Part shown: positions 13,657-26,089 of the stretch, one piece after another
How positions within the stretch are numbered: position 1 is the stretch's first letter
Layout: every line of letters begins with the position of its first letter
Origin: Camelus ferus
Lineage: Eukaryota
Reading direction: 5' to 3'
Assembly (NCBI RefSeq): GCF_009834535.1
Contig: NC_045696.1
Span: forward strand, 45,262,001-45,326,000
DNA length: 64,000 nt
The notes under the pieces: generated by a model
What the model saw: only the letters and a program-made list of their open reading frames with translations
Told to the model about the DNA's origin: nothing
Databases searched by the model: none
Program-made: the position numbers and the translations under genes

Positions 13657-14647
13657 AAAATACATGAGGTCAATACAAATATAAATTATGATGTTGCTAT
13701 ATTCAAGGTAACTGTAACACTAGACAAATTAGTAACACTTAGATAACAGGAATAAAAAAGAAATTCATGGCATAAAAATGTTAATGCAACTGGACTTCAC
13801 TTAAAATTAGCTAAAAAATAAGATGATGCTGTGCTGGTGATAGTTATATAGTTGCTCTAGATGAAAAACAAATGGAGTTTTTATGAAATATTTCTGAGTT
13901 TTGGAAAATTGATGCTTCCAATTTGGAAAAAGTGCTGCTAGAAAAAGATGTATCAATAGAGTAACAGCTCACTGATCTTTACATTGTGTTTTCAGCCACG
14001 CTTCAGCAATGGTTTTGGAATCCTTGCCATCCCAGGTTCTTTATGGATTCTGATTATCTCTGGCAGAACAAAGAATTGGAAGCATTTTAGTCAGCCAGAC
14101 GGTTGTAGCCTTTATTCTCAAGGCAGATATCTCTGTTAATTACATTCAATTTTTCGTTTGCCTTTAGTTTGAAATGTGATCAGTTTCCAACACTTCAAAT
14201 ACATGTACAGTTCTATATGCTCTAATACTATGCTAAATACAATGTTTTTTCATTGAAGGCTTCTACTGGATCTTTTTTTTCACTTTTAATTGCTCAATTT
14301 CAAATGACTTTCATCTTAAGAGTTAGTGATTAATGAACAATCATTTGGAATATGTTTTATGACATTTAAACATCCTGTGGATATGACGTGGTATTCATAT
14401 CAATGTGTATTTCCATGTGAAGTTTGGGTTTCTATTTTATTTTCAGAAATAACTCCTTTTTTAAAATGAAAATGAATCAACTCCATGACAAGTGGGCAAA
14501 CAAGGTCTTTCTAAGGAGCATGAGGTCAGCGGAGTTACAGGTTTGGATGACAAGTACTTAATGGCCTGATTATACTACTTTGGTAGAATAAAAGCTATTT
14601 AACTTTGGTTTTTAATCTGACAAACAGTACTAATTGTCTTCCAACTC

Positions 14648-14982
14648 TTAAAAGGTAAATTGAGCCATATTAAAATTTTTAAGAGTTTATCTGAGCAAAA
14701 ATAGATTAGAATTAGGCAGATCCAAACTAGAAGTGATTAGGAGCATGCCACCAACAGGAGCTGAGAAGAGATTTTTAAAGAGAAAAGGTGGAAGGAAAGC
14801 AAGGAAATTATTGATTGCCTGTAGTTTAAAGCTGAGTTGGCTGGTCACAACTGGTTGTCCTTAGGTTTTGATTTTGCAATCTTGAGACGTTTACAGGCTA
14901 AGATCTTGGTTTGCTTACATAGGCCTCCATGCCACATTGAGCCACTTCAGTCTAACAGTCTCCTTGTTCAATTACTTTAACA
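14648..14982 (-). mobile_element. ERV1-class LTR remnant
   Basis: Contains gagtttatctgagcaaaa...gaattaggcag...ggtttgcttacataggc and ends ttaaca. Confidence 0.5.
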
Positions 14983-17484
14983 CCACATGGTATCAAAGTT
15001 ATGTCAGATTGTTGGTTACTTTCCATTATTTAGGTTTTAAGTCTGGGGAATTAGAGTTTAACAAAATCCCTCTGTTGTTTGCACATAATCTGAAGTAAGA
15101 AAATTCAGTGAAAAGATGAGAGGGAGAATCAGAAACATGGGACTGTAGTTGAGAAAACAAATCATAGCAATAAAAAGAGATTGTCAGTTCTGGGGAGAAG
15201 AGTATACAATAGTATGATTATGGTTCAACAAAAGGCAATGTGTATGAAATCAGAGAACACTGTGCTCCACTGGTTCTTTATTTCCCTATTTATAGGTAAT
15301 CATATATATGACTCCCAAAGAGTTCTGGGGACTGAAATCAAGCCACAGTGGGTTGTATAGCACGGCCACTTAGGAATTCTGCCATTACCTGGAGCCTTAT
15401 TTTCATGAGCACCACACTGGCTTCCAGGGAACAAGAAAAGGAGATTTGGTGTCAAATAGGCCCCTCAAGACATCAGAGGGAGAAGGAATGACTGTGAGGC
15501 AGTTATGTAAAAGCACATCCTGAGGTTGGGAATGGCACAGGGATTTTCTTAGCCTGTTTTGGGCCCGATACACTAGCCTTGTGATCAATAAGGAAAATAT
15601 GCAGCTTTGGGTTGTAGCCTGTAATTCTCATTGATCTTATTTCTAGAGAACGCCTTTTCTACTTAATAAGCAAGACTATAAAGCTGAAACTTCAGGCAGC
15701 AATCCGGAAATCTAAAGGGCTCTGAGGGCTGAAAGGGGGGATAAAAAACGATCTCCCCACTTGGCAGCAGGAGCTGTAGCTTAAGGAAGGAAAAGAGCCA
15801 CGTGGGCAGCCGGTACCCACGTCCTGACAGCAGCAAAAGGAGGTGGCAGGCACCTGGGATGGTGAGAGCTGGGAGACAGGCAGAGGGAGGAGAGCTAGAG
15901 GGTTCGGAGGCCCTGTCCAAGTGCTAAGGGCAAGGCTTAGAAGATGCAGCACAGTCCCAGACAGAAAACAGTTCAAGGATGACAGGTCCTAGAAAATCAT
16001 CAAACGTTTGTTGAACTGAATTGAAACAGTTAAATCAAGTGAACTAGATGACGTAATTTTTACAATAGTAAACAGATCAATAATTTTACAACAATAAACA
16101 GATCACAGTTAAAATGAATGCTACAAGGGTTAGAATTAGTTCTGTAACTTTCCATCGGGTATATATAAGGATTTATTGTCACACGATGCCTTCATTTATC
16201 TCTTTCCTTTAGAAGTGGGGCATTTAGTACATCAACAGGCCTAAAGCTTCCTGAGGATTAAGTCTCACCTGCTTGGCCCTGGTGCCTCCCTCTCAGTTGA
16301 TATTGTCCCAAATCATATCAGAGGAGCCCAGTTTATAGTCTCATAGGATAAGGAGAGAGAGTTAGCCATTCTACCTACTATACCAATAAAGCTCCTCAAT
16401 CTTATATCATCTTTGGAAGCCCTTCCCTCTCATTTGAAGGATGAAGAGGCTGAGGGTGTGAAGGGTAGTTTTGGAGAGGCCACTGTGAGAATGTTGAACG
16501 AGCAATAATTTCCCTGCATGAGAAGCACCCAAAGGCATGATGCTGTAGTCATTTTCTGTGCCTCATTTTGAACAGTTCTTTAAAAGGAAACAAAATTTTG
16601 AATACTTTTCTTAGATGATTTCTCTCTAACCTGCAAAAGAAGGTACAGTTTAGAATTTTAACACATCTACCCTGAAATTTTAGCAAAAATTTTCCCCCAA
16701 AGATGGTTGGCCATAAATACTCCACTATCTCTACTAATATCTTCTTACCAAGTTAATATTTATATGACAAATAACATCAGATGCTGTATGCTTGGCACTG
16801 TTTTTAATAAACCTGTATCCATTTTAATGCTCTCTGAAGATGAAAATACAAAGTGTTGCTAACCAAGGTAGCTGGCTACATTACTGAAATTCAGAGGGGT
16901 CTTAAAAGAGGAATGTCACTGGCTCCTTAACATTTGAAGCTTTCAGTTTCTCCCACAATATTTAATTATTACACAAGAACAGTAGATGGGTGGAAAGAGG
17001 AATTTTTATCTCAAGCGGCCCAGGTATGCATCATTTAGAAAGGCTGTGTCCATTTGTGTGTATGAGGTGGTGAGTGGATGGAGGTTGTAGTGTGATGCTT
17101 TTTTGAAACAAAGTAAACTGCGTTTTATCTTTATTGCCACACAGAGATAAAATAGGCAGCTGTCAGAGGGAAGAGTCACCAGGAAGAGTTAGGTTGCAGA
17201 CCTCTCATTTCAAGGAATCTCATCTAATCTGGGGTGCAGCAGACTGGTCAAATCAGATGTGAGGCTTGCCATACAGAGAGGCTCTTCAAAGACTTGTCTT
17301 CAAACCCTTGGGACTCCTCAGATCATTTGCTTTTTGAGTGACTTCCCTGGCATTGATATTAGTGTCCTCTGTTCCTGCTGGGTGCCACGCATAGCTCTGC
17401 AGTGGTACGGAAACAACAGAAAAACAGATTCTCTAGAAGAACAATTCCCTCATTCAAAAAGGCAGAATCAAAACGCACATTTAT

Positions 17485-20367
17485 CTTTTTTTCCCTGGCT
17501 TTATTGAGATATAATTGACATATAACACTGTGTATGTTTACGGGGTACAATGTGTTGACTACAGACATGTATATACTGTAAAATGATGACCACCAAACAC
17601 AGCATTAGCCAACACCTCCATCAGGTCACATAATTATCAGGTCTTTTTTGCAGTGAGAAAATTTAAGATCTACTCTTTTAGCAACTTTCAAGTATATAAA
17701 ACAGTATTGTTAACTACAATCATCTTACAGCTGGAGATTTGTACTCCCTGACCAACATCTCCCCGTTCCCCCCACTAACCAGCCCCTGGTAGCCACCATT
17801 CTAGTCTCTGTTTCTGTGAGTTTGGCTTTTCTAGATTCTGCATATAAGTGACATCACATAGTATTTGTCTTTATCTGTCTGACTTACTTCACTAAACAAT
17901 GCCTTCAAGATCCATTCATGTTGCAAATAGCAGGATATCTTTCTCAAGACTGAATAATATTCCATTGTAAATGTACACCACATCTTCCTCATCCATTCAT
18001 CCATTGCTGGGCACTTAGGTTGTTACCATATCTTGGCTATTGTAAACAATGCTTCATAAGCACAGGAGTGTAGATAATCTCTTTGATAACTTGTTTTCAT
18101 TTCCTTTGGATAAATACACAGAAGTGGAATTGCTGGATCATACAGTAGTTCTATTTTTAATTTTTTGCGGAACTTCCATACTGTTTTCCATAGTGGCTAC
18201 GTCAATTTGTATTCTCACCAACAGTGCACAAGAGTTCCTTTTTGTCCATATCCTGGCCAACCCTTGTTACCTCTTGTCTTCGTGAGATAGCCATTCTAAC
18301 AGGTATGAGATATCTCATTGGGATTTTGATTTGCATTTATTTTTGCTTTTGGTGTCAAATCAAAAAAAAAAATCATTGCCAAGACCACTGTCAAAGAGCT
18401 TACCCCCTGTGTTTTCTCCTAGGAGTTTTATGATTTCAGGTCTTACATTCACATCTTTAATCCATTTTGAGTTGATGTTTGTGTTTGGTGTAAGATGGAG
18501 TCCAATTTCTTTCCTTTTTCCTTTTTTTTTTTTTTTTATTTGCTTGTAGCCATACAGTTTTCCCAATACCATTTATTGAAGAGAGTCCTTTCCCCATTGT
18601 ATATTCTTGGCTCCTTTATCATAAATTAATTGACTATACACACATAGGTTTATTCCTGGGCTCTTTCATTCTGTTCCATTGATCTATGTGTCTGTTTTTA
18701 TACCAATGGCATATTTTTTGTAATTACAATAGCTTTGTAATATAGTTTGAAATCAGGAAACATGACGATTCCAGATTTGTTCTTCTTTCTTAAGATTGCA
18801 CTGGCTATTTGGCGTCGCTTGTGGTTCCACACAAATTCTCAGGTTGTTTTTTCTATCTCTATGAAAAATGCCTTTAGAATTTTAATAGGGATTGCATTGA
18901 ATCTGTAGATAGCTTTGGGTAGTGTGGACATTTTAACAATATTCATTCTTCAAATCCATGAGCAGGCAATGTCTCTATTCTTTTGTGTGCATCTTCTTGA
19001 ATTTCTTTCAACAATGTCTTATAGTTCTCAGTGTACAGATCTCTCACCTTTTGATTAAATTTATTCCTAAATATTTCATTCATTTTGCTGCTACTTTAGG
19101 GGATTATTTTCTTAATTTCTCTGATAGTTTATTGTTACTGTATAGAAATACTACTGATTTTTGTATATTGCTTTTTATCCTGCAACTTTTTTGGATTTGT
19201 TTATTAGTTCTGTATTTTGGTGGAGTCTTTAGGAGGCTTTAGGTGTTTTTGCATGTCATCTCCAAATAGAGACAATTTTACTTCTTCCTTTTCAATTTGG
19301 ATGCCTTTTCTTTCTTTTTCTTGCCTAATTATTCTGTCCAGGACTTCCACTACTGTGCTGTGTCAAGATTACAAGAGTAGGCATCCTTGTCTTGGTCCTG
19401 ACCTTACAGAAAAGGCTTTTAGCTTTACACTGTTGAAAATGTTAGCTGTCTGCTTGTCCTATATGGCCTTTATTGTGTTGAGGTATGTTTCCTCTATACT
19501 CAGTTTGTTCGGAGTTTTTTATCATGAACAGGTGTCAAATGCTTTTTCTGCATCAATTGAGATTATTATATGATTTTTATCCTTTATTTTGTTCATACAG
19601 TGTATCACATTGATTAATTTCCAGATGTTGATCCATCCTTGCATCCCTGGAATAAATCCCTTTTGATCATCGTGTATGATCCTTTAATGAACTGTTTGCT
19701 AATATCTTGTTGAGGAGTTTTGTGTCTATGTGCTTCCAGAGATATTGGCCTGTATTTTACTTTTCTCATTTTCTTGTCTGGTTTTGGTATTAGAGTAATG
19801 CTAGCCTCAAAAAATAAATTTGAAAGTATTCCCACCTCTTCTGTTTTTTTTGGCAGAATTAATTCAGATCCATAATTAACGCAAATCCTTCTCAAAATGT
19901 TTGGAAGAATTCACCAGTGAGGCCATCCAGTCCTAGATTTCTTTGTTGGGAGGTTTCTGATTACTGATTAAACCTCCTTACTAGTAATTGGTCTATTTTG
20001 ATTTTCTCTTTTTTCATGATTCTGTCTTGGTATGTTGTACATATCTAGGACTTTATCAGTTTCTTCTAGGTTGTCCAATTTACAATTTTATTTATTTGAG
20101 TCCTCCCTCCTTTTTTCTTGGTTAATCTAGCTGAAGTTTTGCCTATTTTGTTTATCTTTTCAAAAATAAAAACATTTCTTAGTTTTGTTGATCTTTGCTA
20201 TTGTCCTTTCAGTCTTTATTTCATTTACCTCCTATCTGATAATAGTTATTTTCTTCCTCTTATTAACTTTAGGCTTATGTTTGTTCTTCTTTTTTCTAGT
20301 TCCCTGAGGTGTAAAGTTGGGTTATTTACTTAAGATCTTTCTTTTTTCTTAATGTAGGCATTTATTG
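17485..20367 (-). mobile_element. L1 (L1MA-like) 3' portion with internal deletions
   Basis: 3' end tttattgagatataattgacatataacactg. The minus ORF2 peptides include FFEASITLIPKPDK...YRPISL and HLTPNTNINSKWIKDVNVRPE. Confidence 0.9.
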
Positions 20368-20499
20368 TACACTTTAAGCACTGGAAGGGACCTTACAGAT
20401 CATGTTTTTAGCTTCTCTCTGACAGGACATCTGCCAGTTGATCATCCAGTGATGGTGAGCTCATGGACTTGAAACAGATCTCAATTTTCAGTATTTACT

Positions 20500-21060
20500 A
20501 AATATAAGAATGTTTTCCTTGATACTGAAATGAAATTTCCTTCTAAACTTTTATTCATTGGTCCAAGCTTTAAGATTACCAATTATAAAGCAATTCTGTT
20601 ACCATTTTTATAAGAGCTTATTTCTTATATTTTATAACATCTCTCCCAACTCCACTGAGGATTTTTAATTTCAGAGTTAACGTCCTGGATACTTTAGATA
20701 CTTCTTACATAATAGAGCAAGGTCCCTTCTGTATTCTAGCCATCATTCTGAGAACTTTCTACAGCTTTGTCACAGTGCATTTTAAAGCATGGCAACCAGA
20801 TATAAGTATAATACATTACATGGGATCTGACCAAGACAGTATAGTGGCCTAAGTATGTTCTTTCTTCTTCTCTTAGTATAGATTAGGATTTCATGAATGT
20901 TTTTGGCAACTCATTACATATGGTGGCTTATATTAAGTTTCAGTTAACTAAAATGCTTACTTTTTTCCCCAGGTGAGCTGTTTAACTGACTTATCTGAAA
21001 AGTAATGCAGAATTTCGTATTTATTCTTACTAAATTTTACCTTGATTGTTTTGATCTTGA
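20500..21060 (-). mobile_element. CR1/L3 LINE fragment
   Basis: ttttaaagcatggcaaccag...atgggatctgaccaagacagtatagtgg resembles the reverse of the L3 3' region. Confidence 0.5.
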
Positions 21061-21283
21061 TTCTTATGTTTCTGGATTATTCTTTACCATCTATGTGTTT
21101 ACACGGGAATAAAGCAGGGTAAAGCAGTGAGTCTTTTGCTGTCCCATTAAAAAATAACCTATATGTTTTTGTTAATCATTCTTATATAAGATTATTTAAC
21201 TGGCTACAAATCTATGTAACTGCACATGTTGTTTTACATTATCTTCAGGGGAGAAGTCTCCAAATGTCTGTTGAAAAGACTGT

Positions 21284-21493
21284 GGAGGGGATAGATACAG
21301 CTCAGTGGGAGAGTGCATGCTTAGCATGCATGAGGTCCTGTGTTCAATCCCCAGTACCTCTGTGAAAGAAAGAAAAGAAAGAAAAGGAAAGAAAAAGAAA
21401 AAGAAAAATAGAAAAAGAAAAAAAGAAAAAGAACGAGAAAGAGAAAGAGAAAAAGAAAAAGAAAAAGAAAAAGAAAAAAAAGAAAAAGAAAAG
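21284..21493 (+). mobile_element. Camelid Vic-1-type tRNA-Ala-derived SINE with expanded GAAA(A) tail
   Basis: Body agctcagtgggagagtgcatgcttagcatgcatgaggtcctgtgttcaatccccagtacctc carries A and B boxes. ~130-nt purine tail; TSD gaaaagactgt / gaaaagattat. Confidence 0.9.
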
Positions 21494-22173
21494 ATTATCA
21501 TGGCTTTAGTGAATCAATTCTGCTTCCTGATAAGAACCAACTTCCTTTGTTGAATATTAGCAAGTTTTGGGCTTAAAATTCTACCCTAATATATTTTCAG
21601 GTATGTATGCCATACTTTTGAAATCTTTAGCTAGAATTAAATTTTATCATTGAGATAAGTAACATTTGATTAACAACAATATATTAACTAATATAAATAA
21701 CAATTTTAAAAAATAATATTTAAATCTTTTTTGAGGCCAACAAAATAAACAAAAATATAATCTTCATCAAACTATTCTTAGATGGCCTTTCCACAATGAT
21801 GTTTGCAAATTCCTTTCCATATCCTGAACTATAATTCAACATAAGTTGCATGAGAGTTGAACTTTATATAGGAGTTTAATTTGACAGGAGTCACCTAGAA
21901 TGTGTGTGATCTTAGTTAGATGACTTACATTCGTGGGACCCTGGCCTGTGAAGATGATAAACATGAAAACACTGGTGGTGATAACCATCCATCTTGGATT
22001 TCAACACCTGTTTATGACATTTACTATACCCCTAGTCACACTTTTTTTTAAATTCTACCAGATAATTAATTTTGGCATATTTCCTCCATCCCCCACCCCC
22101 TGTACTCTTGGGAATATCTACTATTAGCCACACAACTAAAATATTTAATTAAAGGAATATATTATATAAATTA

Positions 22174-23141
22174 TCAAAAACTAGTATACCATCTACACAT
22201 AAACTCAAACTTCCTGGAAAAACCTGTACTGCAATTCAGTAACTTTGCTGAAGCCAATGGTTTAAGCTTTTTCTCATGCAGTTTAATGAGGCTTGACATA
22301 ACTTTGCCTCTTTATTCAGTCTCTCAGCATTTTCTAGAATTTTACTGCAAGTGCTAAACCCAGGAATATTCTTTTGAATTCACCTTAGTTACTCTAGTTT
22401 TTCCCTCTTTTGGCACTGGCCCCAGATCATTGTGTTTTGGGAGTGTCACCCCTTCCTTTGCCAGAGGTCACCCATTACTGCTGACTGACTATGCCAATTT
22501 TATACATGCGGTATTTTTGCCTACAAAAGTTCTTTCTAAATCATCAGAGAGAGCAAGTGCCATCATTTTCTGATAATCTCATATCCTTTCCTACTGGGAG
22601 AGAGGAAATCAGCCCTTCAACATGACAGTTTATAATTTAGTTACAAATCCATCTGATTGTCCAGCATTTTAGAGCGTAGAAGTATATTTTGGTAGAGTTT
22701 CAAAAGAAGGAAGCATGGCTGATGGCGAGGTTGGTGAAACTTTAGGCAGTACAGCTGTAAGTAATTCTTCAAGAATGTCATTTAGTATGATGCTAACACC
22801 TCGTGTTGTTCTCTCCCAAGCCATGGTTTCACAACGCTGGCAAGCATCTTTCACTTCCCTTCTCCAGACACTCAGTTGCAACACACAGAAGGCGGTGTTT
22901 TGAAGGACAAAAAGACATATTCAGCCCACAGTTTTGGCTTGCTTTCCCTATTATTTTCCCTCAGAATTATGCAATCTTTGGGTTGTTCCAGAAAATATGA
23001 AAATGATCATCGTCAGTATAGGACCCTGTCCAACATGCTAAAAGGTTTTTAATCACCATCCAGCTCTTGTTTGAGTTTTGCATGCAAACTCCACTGAGCT
23101 AGAAAGATGTAAGCCCTGAAGGATGGCAATGGCCTTCTTAT
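22174..23141 (-). pseudogene. Terminal pseudo-exon: PH C-terminal helix, FYVE-like zinc finger, C-terminal tail
   Basis: Strong acceptor ttttcttttttctgatgtcag|AT. Reads KKAIAILQGLHLSSSVEFACKTQTRAGW*LKTF*HV, then C-I-I-*, SQNCG, ICLF and ACQRC. Contains ORF 22669-22884. The 3' end is uncertain because stop density is near random. Confidence 0.65.
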
Positions 23142-23203
23142 CTGACATCAGAAAAAAGAAAAATTGTTTTGTTAATTTCCCTTAAGTGAAAATTCTCTAA
23201 GTA

Positions 23204-23386
23204 AGTTGATTGAACTAGGGATTATTGGTATTATGAGGGACACTATGAAGTGTGTGCCTTTGATATAAGCCTAAATCTTTTTAATAAAATATTATTTCAG
23301 CTGATTGAACTGAGAATTACTGGTTATATGAAGGGCACAGTAAAGTTGTGTGTCTCTATTACAAGCCTAAATCTTTTTTTAATAAA
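23204..23386. repeat. Diverged 2-copy tandem duplication, period ~95 bp
   Basis: agttgattgaact...aagcctaaatctttttaataaa is followed by agctgattgaact...aagcctaaatctttttttaataaa. Confidence 0.8.
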
Positions 23387-24626
23387 GTGTTTGGACCATT
23401 ATGTTTTCACATTTGCTTCTGAACAGGTAATGACTACCAATCATGCTCTTTCATGATAAATTTTCAGTATGATCCTGAAAAGCCCTTGCATTAAAATGTA
23501 AGAATGAATAGGAGTGATTTGTACCTTTGACTATTATTGTCATTAGAATTAGATGATTCCTCTCAATACTTTTCACTTGAGTGGCCATTATAAAATTATT
23601 ATTTTTCATATAGATATTTAAAAATCACAGAAAAAAGAAACAGGGTGTACAAAGGTGTAAACTACTCATGCAGGAAGTGCTTTTCGTGCCTGGGGAGCTT
23701 GGTAACTTCCTAGGAAATATTTTCATAAATAAACTTTCTATTTTTAGAATACTTTTACCATTAAAAACCTGCTACATTTTAACACCTCCTCTCTCTTCTT
23801 TTATTACGAAAGGAAAAGTCCAAGTTGCATGTGTTTTAAATAAATGATTGCCTTCACCCTCCCCTTCTCCTACCTTCCATTTGCCAAGTTCAAGATTATC
23901 TGGGCCTTTCTTTGGCCTCTTCTGGAGCATGAAGTAGTGCTTGGCATTATCAGACATGTATGGAAGGGCCATTAAATCTTAGATACTGAGTGGTGTCACC
24001 CCAGCTTGATGATGTTAGTCAAGCAAACATATATCCTGGTTTTTGGATTCCATTAAGACATTCCATATTTATGTCTTTCCAGTATAAATGGAGAATATAT
24101 ATATATATATATATATTTAAGGACAACCAGGCTATAAAAAGGTGCATCTGATAAACACAGAAAATCAGTGTTATTATGACTATTATAAATTTCATATTTA
24201 AAGAAGGCAATATCAAGGTTAGGAGCAAATGGGGACTTTCTGCTTCTGAGAATGGAAACCCATATGGCAGGAGACAAGGCCTCTAGGGACAGTATATGTT
24301 GATCAAAACAGTGAGAGTGGAATTTTCCCGAGTTTTACTTCTATAAATAATTAACCAAATGCCTTTACATAAATAAATATTTCCCTCTGGGAATTACAGC
24401 ATCATTAGGAATTTCTGAGCACTAATTCTAGTTTTGGCATCTGTTCCCCATACTCATTTTTAGCATCTTTCTGTCTGCTTCTCTTTTAAGAAGAAATCTC
24501 CTATTTTCTAAGAAAACAGAAGAGAAATCACATAATAGTCCAGAATAATGGGCATTATTAAGAGTGAAATGGGATTACTGTAAGGGGAGGCATGACAAAT
24601 GGCCAGGAAAAAATAGTTTTTTTTAC

Positions 24627-24794
24627 CATTAAAAACCCATAAACTGCTTGTGTTGAAGTTCATGAGAAGGGCTGCTATCTCTTTCTCATCCTGGGCCTTT
24701 ATTCCATTTCTCTTTTCTTGGTAAAAGGATGTCACTGAACTACTGGACGCAGCTCTTCTTTTTAACACTATAGACAAGACCATGGGTAGTTAAC
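24627..24794 (-). pseudogene. Pseudo-exon, middle of the PH domain
   Basis: Boundaries ttgtag|G ... AATG|gtaaaa. Reads LTTHGLVYSVKKKSCVQ*FSDILLPRK, then after a frameshift DEKEIAALLMNFNTSSLWVFN. Confidence 0.65.
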
Positions 24795-24901
24795 CTACAA
24801 CTCAACCACCAAGAAGTGAAAGAAGTATTCATGACAGCCCCCATTGTTATCTTAATATAATTCGAAACAAAAGAAAAAAAAGATGATTATTAAACACTTA
24901 T

Positions 24902-25058
24902 GTCCATAAATGAGGCTCTTGACTAGTGCTAGGAAAAGCAAAATAAGCAGGAAGGCTTTTTCTACGTTTTGGTGAACAAGGAGTCTAAAATAGGTAACAG
25001 TGATACAGCCATGCATGAATAGATTTCTACCTATCAAAACTCTGTGACTGCTACACAC
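24902..25058 (-). pseudogene. Pseudo-exon, start of the PH domain after DH
   Basis: Acceptor attttag|GTG. Translation VCSSHRVLIGRNLFMHGCITVTY resembles the GRxLxxxG beta1 motif. The donor is mutated (GGAC|ataagt) and one frameshift is needed. Confidence 0.6.
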
Positions 25059-25254
25059 CTAAAATCATGTGCATAAATCAGTTTCACAACTTCATTAAGA
25101 GAGCTCCCTGTAGAGGGAGTTCTGTGTAAATCTGTTTGCAATGTGAATAATCACCTTTTCATTGACCAGCTGGAAGTCAGAATTTGGTGGGTCACATTTT
25201 CTTAAATCACAGAATTACCCACATTATAAAAGAGCAATGTTTCTCTGAAGATCT

Positions 25255-25725
25255 CTCTTGGCTAGTACTGGGGGTCTAGTTTGGGAGCGGAGCTAGACTG
25301 GTGGAAAGTAGTGTGTAATGAGACAGCTAATCTTTGCCCTTCCAGAACCATGATCTACAATTTCATACCCTGGTCTGCGTAGGGAGCTGGCGTCACGAAC
25401 TTATCAAAGGCTTCCTTACCCTCAGGCCTCTTGTTGACACTGACGGGAGAAGAGCAGACAGGAGAGAGTAAGTGTTCATTTTGCCAGGCCCCTCCCAGGT
25501 TGCTGTGTATTGCTGTGTGTGTGTGTGTGTGACCTCTACCACGGGTCCCAGTTCCTGTCAGGCTACACTCCATTACAGCTGCCCAGGTGGGGATGCCCCT
25601 CCAGTCCTAGGTGGTAACAGCTCTCCATTGTTACTTGGTCCCAAGTACTGCTCTAGCCCTTCGTTGGTTTCCTTAAACCTTGCCTTTGCCAATCATCTTT
25701 ATTAAACTCTTATCAACTATTTGGG
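25255..25725 (+). mobile_element. ERVL LTR (LTR40/LTR41-like) remnant
   Basis: Contains cctaggtggtaacagctctccattgttact...ttggtttccttaaaccttgcc...tttattaaactct. Confidence 0.55.
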
Positions 25726-26089
25726 TGGACATCCTTGGTACTTGGCCACACAGAAAGCTTTGCAGTAGTGCAGTAGATTAGTAGATTATATAGTGGTATA
25801 AACAATAGATTAATTTTCAGTAAAGACTCCAAAGAGAGACTTCTAAAAAGAATTCTGCTTTCTGTATCACTCCTCAGCACCCCTGTCCTCCCAGTTGTCT
25901 TGGACTGCAGGGTAAAATGCACTTGCTAGAGCTAAAGAATACTGACCCCTTCCTACAAACCAAAGAACCATATGAAAGTTAAACAAGGTGTCTTCCCTAA
26001 GAATTTCTTAGGCCTTCAAGAATAGGAATGAGAGACAGAGCTGTATCATTACATTCTTATTCTCAGGTTTAAAAGTTAGGTTAAAAATA

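Noticed and set aside
21284..21360. Functional tRNA-Ala gene
   Set aside because: The acceptor stem is broken, and an A-rich tail and TSD mark it as a SINE.
21196..21553. Lys/Glu-rich and Phe/Ser-rich ORFs
   Set aside because: These are translations of the SINE and its GAAA tail.
22480..22884. MULE/MuDR transposase-like words (KMMALAL, LPSFETL)
   Set aside because: No DDE core or terminal inverted repeats, and the segment lies inside an exon with a good acceptor.
22700..24790. Resemblance of the spliced peptide to FAM124A/B (CxFVL...LQLS, EF-x9-W)
   Set aside because: The PH plus zinc-finger reading explains the same residues and is backed by upstream DH exons in the right order and phase. 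The FAM124 match is probably chance.
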